Shown: piece after piece, positions 1-9,000 of the stretch
How positions within the stretch are numbered: position 1 is the first letter of the stretch
Layout: every line of letters begins with the position of its first letter
Virus record (IMG/VR): IMGVR_UViG_3300034093_000692
Coordinates: 1-31,355 of that record
Direction: 5' to 3' (one strand)
Source of the DNA: a virus
Taxonomy: Duplodnaviria > Caudoviricetes
DNA length: 31,355 bases
The notes under the pieces: model-generated
Databases searched by the model: none
Told to the model about the DNA's origin: nothing
The model's input: only the letters and a program-made list of their open reading frames with translations
Program-made: the position numbers and the translations under genes

Positions 1-112
1 TTACAACAACATGATGCGTGTGCTTCATGTTCACTTCGTTTTCCAGCTCAATGATTCGCTTTTGAGCTTCGACCAATTGATCGAAAAGGCTTTTGCTGTT
101 TTGATTTGTCAC
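1..112 (-). CDS. Small coiled-coil hypothetical protein, 5' part only (runs off window)
   Basis: GTG at 112-110 overlaps the upstream TGA (GTGA) and is preceded by AAGGAGG; reads MTNQNSKSLFDQLVEAQKRIIELENEVNMKHTHHVVV with no stop before the edge; not in the ORF track. Confidence 0.7.
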   Translation of the reverse strand, partial: MTNQNSKSLFDQLVEAQKRIIELENEVNMKHTHHVVV

Positions 113-408
113 GGCTTGGCCTCCTTGGCTTTGTTCCAATGCAACTCTCGGTCGAACAGGTTCGTTTTGTAAATCGCTTCATCACCTCCATCGACTAATT
201 GCTTTATGTGTTTAGCTGCCAGTTTGATTGTCTCATTAGCCGCTTCCTCCAACCGCTTGATGCGGTCGTTTGCTGCGTTGAGTTCGCGTTCGATGCGTTT
301 CATCTCACCAGCTAGGTCGTACATCGTAGCGTCAGGCTTGAAGTACGCAGCGTCTGTCCTCGGTGTATCGCTGATCATTTTCGTGGGGTCAGGAATATGA
401 TCGCTCAT
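109..408 (-). CDS. Phage hypothetical protein with SDTPRTDA motif and coiled coil (99 aa)
   Basis: Start moved to ATG at 408 (ATGA overlap, GGAGG upstream); ERELNAANDRIKRLEEA coiled coil. Confidence 0.8.
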   Translation of the reverse strand: MSDHIPDPTKMISDTPRTDAAYFKPDATMYDLAGEMKRIERELNAANDRIKRLEEAANETIKLAAKHIKQLVDGGDEAIYKTNLFDRELHWNKAKEAKP

Positions 409-755
409 TTCGATTCCTCCATCACTCCACAGTGGAGCCATGTTTTGCCACCATCGATTGAGTGTTCGTATTTTTCACACCAATCCTTTCTGTTCTCTTC
501 GCTAGATGTGCGGTCGATCAACCAACGTGTTTTGGGGTATTCACGATTCCTCGCCTGCATTCCCAGCGGCACCTCATCCGCAGTCCACGGGCGGAGCGTT
601 GCGGTGGGTTTGATTCTGTATTGGGTGTCGTCCCAGCCCCACCGAGGGAAATGTACTGGTTCCCATTTTCCAACAGGACCCAAGACCTCTAGGTCCTTAC
701 CATCCACAAATGCCTGCATCACGCGGATGGCTTCTTTAGTTTCTTCGATGTTCAT
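405..755 (-). CDS. Phage hypothetical protein (QAFVDGK...YRIKP type)
   Basis: AAGGAGG RBS, ATGA coupling at both ends; motif pattern recalled from other phage hypotheticals. Confidence 0.85.
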   Translation of the reverse strand: MNIEETKEAIRVMQAFVDGKDLEVLGPVGKWEPVHFPRWGWDDTQYRIKPTATLRPWTADEVPLGMQARNREYPKTRWLIDRTSSEENRKDWCEKYEHSIDGGKTWLHCGVMEESK

Positions 756-1000
756 TTTGCCTCCTTCGCTTTCGATTTCCCCTCTTCAATAATTGCCATC
801 ACGCACCGCTTCTTTACGCCGACAGCCTTCGCCACGTAGGCCAAGCTCTGGCCTTCGTTCCACAGTTTCCAGGCGCGTTGGGCATTGTAGTTCGGCGAGT
901 TGATTCGTGCCTTGACCACGTCTGGATGTGCCGTCACCGCAGCTGGGTGGGGAAAACTAATCCAACCTCGTGCCACAGCGTTCGAGATGAGCGAGTTCAT
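752..1000 (-). CDS. Small helix-turn-helix protein
   Basis: AWKLWNEGQSLAYVAKAVGVKKRCVMAII fits an HTH pattern; ATGA overlaps at both ends. Confidence 0.7.
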   Translation of the reverse strand: MNSLISNAVARGWISFPHPAAVTAHPDVVKARINSPNYNAQRAWKLWNEGQSLAYVAKAVGVKKRCVMAIIEEGKSKAKEAK

Positions 1001-1251
1001 GGGCGTTTCTTTTGAATCTTCAATCCAGCTTTTTTACACAAACCACAGATCACGCTCGGAGCGCGTCCAAACTTCTTGGACAGTTCTTTGTATGAAAACG
1101 TGGGGTTGTCTTTTACGAACCGCTCGATGGCCGCCTTCTCTTTCTCGGTCATCGGGCTCCAACCTTCTTTGGGTTTCTCGACTACAACGGTTTTCGTGAT
1201 CGTGGGCTGTGGACCCATCAGGCGTTCAATGGCTTCACGGGAGAGTTTCAT
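997..1251 (-). CDS. Small helix-turn-helix protein (84 aa)
   Basis: Start moved to ATG at 1251 (MKLSREAIERL) to avoid a long overlap with the exonuclease; MTEKEKAAIERF...SYKELSKKFGRAPSVICGL is HTH-like. Confidence 0.7.
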   Translation of the reverse strand: MKLSREAIERLMGPQPTITKTVVVEKPKEGWSPMTEKEKAAIERFVKDNPTFSYKELSKKFGRAPSVICGLCKKAGLKIQKKRP

Positions 1252-2029
1252 CTTTGAGAATCCAGGTGGGCGATTGAATGATTTGAATGGAGTCGCCGTT
1301 GTAACCCGGCCAGCTGTCGGTGTCCTCGCAGACCATCCACTGGCGAATCCACGACTGCCATGTGGCTGATCCCTTGTCCAAGGATTCGGTGTCCATCTGG
1401 TAAACAGCGACCGCGTAGGGCGCTTGATCTTCGACGCAAATCCACTGCCAGGCGCGGGTCTCGCCAGTGATATCCCGATAGAGGTCGCGGTAGTACGCGG
1501 CCTGAACGTCGTAGCGCAGCTGGCCAATCTGCCGGCGGAACCCAGCCTTGCTAGCATCCCTCGTTTTCTTGAGATCCACGATTACCGGGGTCGTGTTGGG
1601 CAACCAGTCGATCAGGCCCTTGCGATCGCAGCCATCGAACTCGCCAAACATCCCGACCTGGGCCTTGCCCGGCTCAGCGAGCAATCGGCCGGCGACTGTG
1701 TGCTTACGCACGGACTCAACCATGCGCTCGACGGTTTCGATTGCGTCCTGCTTGAACACGGTGACCCGGCGGTACTCCTGGTCCTCTCTCCAGGCGCGTG
1801 CTTCCTTGGTTCGGAAGTCGTCGTAGGGAGATGTGGTCCAAAGGTACGGCGTCCCGAGGACCTTATGGTCCAAGAGACTGCCGATGTTCATGGCCTCCGA
1901 GGTTTCTCGTTCTTCCTCGAAGCCGACCAGAGCGTGGGCCGGCGACCGGCTGAACGCCTTGAGGCTGGAGATGTTGATCGCCGGGTGACTGCGGTAGGTG
2001 TTTACGTCGATGGGGTGGACTAAATTCAC
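1235..2029 (-). CDS. RecE/exonuclease VIII-like PD-(D/E)XK nuclease (DUF3799-like)
   Basis: YRSHPAINISSLK, KGLIDWL, IVDLKKT, YDVQAAYY motifs; GTG start with GGAGGT RBS; coupled to RecT-like gene. Confidence 0.9.
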   Translation of the reverse strand: MNLVHPIDVNTYRSHPAINISSLKAFSRSPAHALVGFEEERETSEAMNIGSLLDHKVLGTPYLWTTSPYDDFRTKEARAWREDQEYRRVTVFKQDAIETVERMVESVRKHTVAGRLLAEPGKAQVGMFGEFDGCDRKGLIDWLPNTTPVIVDLKKTRDASKAGFRRQIGQLRYDVQAAYYRDLYRDITGETRAWQWICVEDQAPYAVAVYQMDTESLDKGSATWQSWIRQWMVCEDTDSWPGYNGDSIQIIQSPTWILKDETLP

Positions 2030-3012
2030 AGCGCACCTCCCGCCTTCACCACTGCACGGCCGATACCGCGCTTATTCCGGATGATCCAGTTGCAGATATC
2101 AGGAGGAAGGTCTGCCACCGTGGGATAGGCTTCAGGGTTTTCCCACCACTTCAGGTCTATGACCAGCTTCACCAGCTGCTCGTAGGTGATCCCGGCGGAT
2201 GCTAGCGTCCCTTCGACGGTTTCAAGCTCAGGCTCCGGCGCGGGAACGGGTGCGACCGGGGCGGGTGCGGTCTCAACGATCTCCGGTGCGGGTTCAGGAG
2301 CGGCGGGAGCGGGCGGCTCCACGATTGCAATAGCCTCGGCCTCCTTCTTCTTGCGCGGCTTGGGCTCAACAGGTGCAGGAGGCGTCGGTGTCACGTCCAT
2401 GATGGATGAACTCACGGTGACCGACTGGACCACCTGCTGGGCCGCAGGCGTGTCCTGGACCTCTTCCGAGGTGTGCATACCAAGTGCGATCTCGGGCGCG
2501 TAGGTGCGGCACCAGAAAGCGCCAGCGCGGTACTGAAGCATCTGCTCCGGCATGGTCTTCCACTTAGAGCCAGACTTACCGTACCAACCCTCGACCTTGG
2601 CCATATTGATGTTCACGAGGGCGCCAACGAGTTCCAGGTTGGAGTCGCGCTCGACTGCGAAGGCGCGGCAGCCCCACTCATCTGTCCCCTCTTTTCCAAC
2701 CCAGCGGAAACGCATCGGACTAAACCGACCGCAGCTGTTGACGGTAGCAATCAGGAAGCTAGCAGACCAGGTGGGCTTGCCGTGGATAGGAACCATGGAC
2801 TGCATAACAGCCATGACCGAGGCGCCAATGCGCTGGCTGAGTTCCAGAGCGATGATGCAGTTCCCGAGGTTAGCCTCGCCCCGGTAGGCGTCGGGAACGA
2901 GGGTGCTGGACGCAAGGGCCTTGGCCATGCGTTGGACAGAGACGAACGCGTTCTCTGAAGAGAAGGCGCTGAGAGGTTGTGCTTGCTGCGTTGCGACTGA
3001 TAGGTTGCTCAT
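2026..3012 (-). CDS. recT: RecT/Redbeta-family single-strand annealing recombinase
   Basis: LASSTLVPDAY, NCIIALE, IHGKPTWS, SKWKTMPEQMLQYRAGAFWCRTYAPEIALGMHTSEE; adjacent to RecE-like nuclease; Pro/Ala/Glu linker and C-terminal domain. Confidence 0.85.
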   Translation of the reverse strand: MSNLSVATQQAQPLSAFSSENAFVSVQRMAKALASSTLVPDAYRGEANLGNCIIALELSQRIGASVMAVMQSMVPIHGKPTWSASFLIATVNSCGRFSPMRFRWVGKEGTDEWGCRAFAVERDSNLELVGALVNINMAKVEGWYGKSGSKWKTMPEQMLQYRAGAFWCRTYAPEIALGMHTSEEVQDTPAAQQVVQSVTVSSSIMDVTPTPPAPVEPKPRKKKEAEAIAIVEPPAPAAPEPAPEIVETAPAPVAPVPAPEPELETVEGTLASAGITYEQLVKLVIDLKWWENPEAYPTVADLPPDICNWIIRNKRGIGRAVVKAGGAL

Positions 3013-3029
3013 ACGTCAGTCAACGTATG
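3010..3029. repeat. Perfect 7-bp inverted repeat CATACGT-N6-ACGTATG covering the -10 box and recT start codon
   Basis: Read directly: 3010-3016 CATACGT, 3023-3029 ACGTATG. Confidence 0.85.
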
Positions 3030-3050
3030 GCAAGTGGCGCGCAGCGTCAA
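3013..3050 (-). promoter_or_regulatory. Sigma70-like promoter for the recT operon (probably leaderless)
   Basis: TTGACG (3050-3045), 17 nt, TACGTT (3027-3022), 9 nt, ATG; lies in one of only two gaps over 40 bp in the window. Confidence 0.7.
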
Positions 3051-3057
3051 TACAGGA

Positions 3058-6000
3058 TTATCGGATTCCCACAGCTTTTTTCGATTTTGCGTTCGCGATA
3101 TCTTCGATGCGATCCAGCTGGCGCTTAGTCGCTGTCGCTGGGTCCAGCTGAGAGATACGAGTCTTAAGCTCGACCGCTCGCACCTCTTGCATCTTAGTCA
3201 ACTCCTCTGGTGTGGCCTGCCTTTGCACGCGCCCGAACTGAAAGAACTTGTTGCTCTGAGGGGTGGCCGGCGTCCATCCAGTCTTGGCTAGTACCTGGTA
3301 AGCGCGATCAGGATCTTCGCCGCCCACGATTGCAGTGCCGCCGGTCAGGATAGACATGATGCGCTCCTGGGCGCGCGGTGTACCCACTGGGTCTCCTAGG
3401 AAGTTTCGGTCAACCTTTCCGCTCCAGGGTGTCGGGACCAGGAGGTTGATGAACGTCTGGTCCTTGGGGTTGAACTGCGCGCCGGACATAGCGGTCGCCT
3501 CGCGCATGAGGGGCCCGAACGGAATCAAGGGGCTCACGGCAGCGGCCGCGATCTTGCCTACATCTGCTGTTCCGCGATAGGTGCCGGCTCCGATAAGACC
3601 GGAAGTAGTGCGCCCTTGGGCTATGGCAGACCAGGCGCCGTAACCCAGTGCGCTGACAATATCCATGGCGGTGAGTTCTCGGGGCTCAAACTTCAGACCT
3701 TTCTTTTTGGCAGCGGCTCCAGCTTTTTGATTGAGACGGTCGCGTCTCGCCTGTTGGTACTGAAGCTCACCGACAGCGGCCAGCGCTGGTCGAACGAACT
3801 GGAACGGTCCAGTGCTAAGCGACACGCGGAGTATTTTCCCACCTGGTAAATCAAGCTCCATAGTGTTCGGCTTATGACCCTCACGCTCCCAAAGATCAGC
3901 CTCTTCCTTGTCGTCAGGCCAGTGAGTGAAGACTCGCAGTGCGCCCGAGAGCACTAATCCAACAAACAAACCAGAAAGCCCCAATCCTGCCGCAGCCTCG
4001 ATCTTCCGTTGCACCTTGTCGGTCTCAGTCTTGTACCAGGCTGACCCCTCAAACGCGCTGGGAACAAAGCCGCCGCCAGCAAACGTGAACCCTCGGTTGA
4101 CTCCGATTGCAACGGCGTTCGAGAACATTCCCAGAAGATCCGGAATCCCGACGCGCGACAGGATTTTCCCGGTGGATTTCATCGCTTGCCCAATGACGCC
4201 ACCAGGGCCGCCCTCCTCTTCGACGTTCCATCCAATGGTAGACCGTAGATTTTGCGTGATACCTTTGATATCTCCCGCGTCCAAACCAGCTGTCGCAATG
4301 CGTTGATACTGCCGTGCTCGCACCACGTTCCATGCAGCGGCGCTACGATCCTTGGGCGCGATATTGGGATTATCCCCGACCAGTGTCTGAGCCAGCGCGT
4401 ACTCAGCCAAAGCGTCGCCCATAATTGTCTTCGCAGCCTTACGTGCCTCGGCCGGCGCCATGCCTTGAAGGCGCAGCTGTGATTCTGTCCAAGCCCCAAT
4501 CTCCTGTTGTTCAGCCAGGACGCCTTGGAATGCGTCGAGGGATGAGGCGAAGCGATAGGACAACTGCGCGAGCCCAAGAATGCGAAGCACCGTGGCCTGC
4601 GCGTATTTGCCGGTCTTGTAGTACTCAGCAGCCTCCGCGTTAGCGCGATCCAGTGCCCGCATCCCGCTCTGCAGACCCATGATGGTATCCTTTTCAGCGC
4701 GGCCTTTGGCGGCCTGGAGCGCGGATTTGTACGCCATGTTAAGCGCGTTGAAGCGCGCCTTGTAGGCATCTTCGAGGGTGGTCGCCGTATCCTTCCAGAG
4801 GCGGAGTGTGCGATTCGGGTCGCGACTGGATATGAATCTTTGGATCGCTGTCGCACCTGCACGCGACGGCGTGTAAACGAACATCTGGGTAGCCACGTCG
4901 ATCAGCTGCTTGGTGATGAAACCAAATTTGAAAATCGTGTTTGCCGACCCGTATTCCTTGGCCGCCCTTGCTTGGTTCTGCTTGTTACCACGGATCGGCA
5001 GGGTCATCCGCGCCCAACGCATCTGGAGTTCACGCATAACGTCCATGCGCTTGCCCTCGTTCATCGCGGCCTTGATGTCGTCCGTGATGCCGGCGTTGAT
5101 CTCCTCTTCGGTGGCTGTGCTGAGTTCCTGCTCCAGGCGCGCCAGGTCTCGGAAGCGGGAAACCTCCTCATCAGTAGGCACCTTCCAGCCTGATTTCTTC
5201 GCAATGCTTTGCAGGAGCGCCGCTGAGTTCATGCCGCCCGCGTTCACGAACTGCTCGATCTTCTGCCAGAGCGGAGTGCCTGGGCCAGCCTCCTCGCGTT
5301 GTTTGCCGGTGAGCTTCTGGGTCGCCTTGTCTAGCGCTTGAATGCGAGCCCGCTCAAACTTCACCTGGAATGCCTTAGCCAGCGCGAGGCCCGTCTTGTC
5401 GGCCAACGCCTGGTCGATTGCCAGTTCTGACAGCAACGCTTCTGAGAATGCTTTAGCTAGATTAGCCTGGCCAGCTTGCGGGGTGTTGAGAACCCGCTTC
5501 ACTAGGTCACTCATCTTTGGAACCAGCCGCTGCAACGCGGGGTTCTTGGCCACGCTCTCGGCGATGCGCTGGTCCAGCAGGCCGGCACGGATACCGCCTT
5601 CTAAGCGATCGACGGCCTTAGCCCGGTCGGCCGCCAGCTGAGCATCAGTCTTCGGCTGTGCTGGATCGAAGCTCACGTCCTTGGCTCCCACGATCTGGGA
5701 GACTATTGCGTTCTCGGCCTCCATCATCCGCTCGGTGAGGTAAGTCCAGACAGCGCCCTGCATCCACTCATCGGCCAGATTCTCGGCTGCGACGATCTGG
5801 TTCAGCTTGCCGGTGAGGAACGCGAGCTTCTCGGCCCGAGTCTTGGTCGCCATGCCTGAAAGCTCGTCGGCCGTCAGGTAGGTCTTAGCGACGCGCTTTA
5901 GGAGTTTACGGGTGGGCTCAGATTGGTAGCGCTTATCCTCGGTGATGCCGGCGTTGATTAGCCGCTGGAGACTATCGCTCGCGGTTGTGGGGCCAGTCTT

Positions 6001-9000
6001 GGCCTTCACGTCCAGGAAGTTATTCAGCACGCGCTGGCGGGCCAGCTGGATCTGAGAACCCACATTGGCTGTAACCATCTGCATCACACGGGCTTTAGCC
6101 TCGGGGGACGCGCCGGCCAGGTCCATCACTCCTTCGATGGCGGCCAGCTGCTCTCCGATCACGCGGCTCATCTCGGCATTGGGAGACTGCACCAGGCGAA
6201 CGAGGTTGATCTTGGCAGGCGCCGCAGGGGCAACCTTCTTTGGCCCGAACTGTGTCCCCTTGAACCGGCCACGGATTACGTCCTGGGCAAGTTTCAGGGT
6301 GGTCGGCGAGTAGTTCAGGAACCCGTCGCGGATCGTGCGCCAGTGGGCGTACTTCGGGAGGTCGAGACCCTCCTCGATCGCCTCTGGATCGGGCTCTTCT
6401 TTGGCGTCCATGGCTTCCTGGTACTGAGCGCGAAGCTCTTCGTTGCCGGCTGCGCTAGCCATCATAACCGCCCATCCGGCGTTGAACTCAGCCTGCTTGA
6501 CGGCGTCCTCGGTAGCCTTCTGGACCTTGGCCTGGGTCGCAGGCTTGGTCATCAGCGCTAGGCGCTCGTCGGCCGTGAGCTTTCGATTCGGAGGCTGGGG
6601 AGGCTCGGTAACCCCAAGCATCCGCGCGTTCTGGATGATCTGCTCGATAGCTTCATTCTCAATCTCGCGTTCCTGTTTCTCCTTCTGAGTTTTCGGCTTC
6701 TTGGTAGTCAGGCGCGCCTGGACAGTGCGGTAAACGCGGCCACCGGTATCGGCCAGTGCCAGGACTCCAAACCGATTCAGCATCTCCCGGAGGTCAGGCT
6801 TCTCGCCAACGATCTTCTGGATATCGGCCTCGGTAAACTGACCACGGAACTCGGTCATGATCTTGTCCATCACACCCTTGACGCTCTCACCGTTGAAGCT
6901 GTCGTAGATGGCTGATGTAAGGAATCCGCGCACATTGCGAGCCATGGCCACGAAGTCCTTCACGGACGCCCTCAGGCTCGCCAGGTTAATACCAAACTGG
7001 GACGCCTCAGACTGACCGATCAGGTAGAGTTCATCTCGGGTATCAGGGCTGAATGCCTCGGATGCGCCGAAGTGGTTGCGGAGCGACTGGATTAGTTCTG
7101 CGATGGTATCGCTGCGGCCATCGGCCTTGGCCTTGGCGATCTTCTTTTTGGCGACCTCGATCAGCTTTCTTCCAGCCGCCTCCTGGTCAACCCCATCGAC
7201 AGGCGCGAAGAGGGTGTCTCCCACTTGGCGGAACTTTACACCCGCCTCGTTGAACGCATCAACCGCCAGCTGGATACCAGCGTTTACAACCTCAGGAGTC
7301 CTAGACCGTCGGCCGGCGACAGTGTCCTCGTATGCGCCACGCTTGGTGGTTACAGGCTTGCCGGGCGTACTGTAGATCACACCGAAGTCGCTGCTATTCG
7401 CACGCTCCGGCAAGGTGGCTACATCAGCGATAACCTCTGGTGTGGGCTCGACCGTAGATCCTTGAGCGCGGTCCCAAGCGTACTGCAACGCCGGACTGAG
7501 CTTCATTTGCAGGCTGGTCGCCCATCGTGAGGCGCTCTGGATGCCGGAGAGGATTGCTTTGGACGCCAGATTGGTAAGGGTTTCAAGAACCCGGCGCGCA
7601 GAATCCTCGGGCGTCGGGCCTTCAGTGATGCCAGCCTTGGGAGTGATAGACTCGACGAACTGGGCGATAGCGTCGGAGACTTCGGCGACGGCGTCGCTGA
7701 GGTCATCGAAAGAGGGGGTGAGGCGTACTGTAGGCCCACTTGGATCTGACGACAGCTGCCAAAACGAAACCCTTCCAGAAGCCTTTGGATTGCTTGCAAC
7801 GATAATGTTTCCAGAGGTCCGCACGTCTCCAAAGTGCTTACGAACCTCAGCAACGTAGTCGGATGTCTTCTTGTTGTTCTGGAATCCTTTGGATGTTCTG
7901 CGGCCATTGCCAGATCGGTCACCCTCGTAAATTTGGAAGTAGGCAACTCCGTTGGGCTCAAGCGCCTGAGCAGCCTGAAGAATGACATTGTCTCTAGCGG
8001 GAGCCTCAGCAACGACATTCAATACGTTAGGGACGGTCGTGGTTCCAAATCGCTCGCCTGACTGCAACCGATTGACAGCTGCACGATTGGATTCAACGCT
8101 TCGATTGAACGGATCAAACGGAACACTCTCCGTGACACCCCGCTCGCTCTCAAGGTACTGCTTCCCGAGGTCGAACTTACCGGCACCAATGTCCAGGTTT
8201 TTGCCGCGAGGAACGAAGATCTTACTCTTAAAGACTGCGGGGATCTGGGCCAGTGAAGTGTCGGCTGAGGAGACGTCTTGAGACGGTTGATCTGGCATGA
8301 GGCTAATCAGCCGGTTAGACAACTCGGCATCATTGACAGGGTCATTTGGGTAACTTTGCCGTGCCTGTGCAACCGCCTGGCGAATTGCGCGATCCACAGC
8401 CATGCCGGTGTGAATCAACCCCTTGGCGATCTGAAGGGCCAGCTTCGCCAGCGGCGTTAAAAGCAACGGATCCGAGTATTGATTTTCGTCGATGTTCCTA
8501 GTGATCTGATCAATGGCATCAATCGCTGATTTGCCGGCCCGTTGAATCGGACTTTCGTCAAAGAGATTCATCTGCGCCTTATCCTGGGCAGCCTTAGCTT
8601 CAGCAGCGGCGCGGGCTTCAGCTTGAGCCTTTTCTCTGCGAGCCTCCAGGTCGATGCCTTCCTCTCCAAGCAGGGTAACCTGTTCGGATTGCGTGCTGGT
8701 AATCAGATCACCCTGGTTTTCTTTAGCTGTAAGGCGGGGTTTGCGTTCGGCGGGCGCAGCCGGCCCTTCGGTAGGAAATTCAAACGCATCTCCGCCTCCG
8801 CGATCAGGAGGTTCATCCACGAAGATCGTGTCGTATTCCGTCAGTTGCTGAGCTCCAAATTTATCGCCATCGCGAATCGTGTAACCTCCATCTGGAGTAA
8901 CAACTGTAACCTCGAATTGCTCGCCTTGAACCGAGAACTTGTCTCCAAGCGCAAGGCTTCCAACTGATATTTGAATAGGTCCATCTGGTTCTCCAGCATT

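Noticed and set aside
4179-4862. 227-aa alternative-frame ORF inside the giant gene (also 7503..8018, 10161..10622, 11133..11576)
   Set aside because: Arg/Ser/Pro-rich off-frame composition, no RBS or motif
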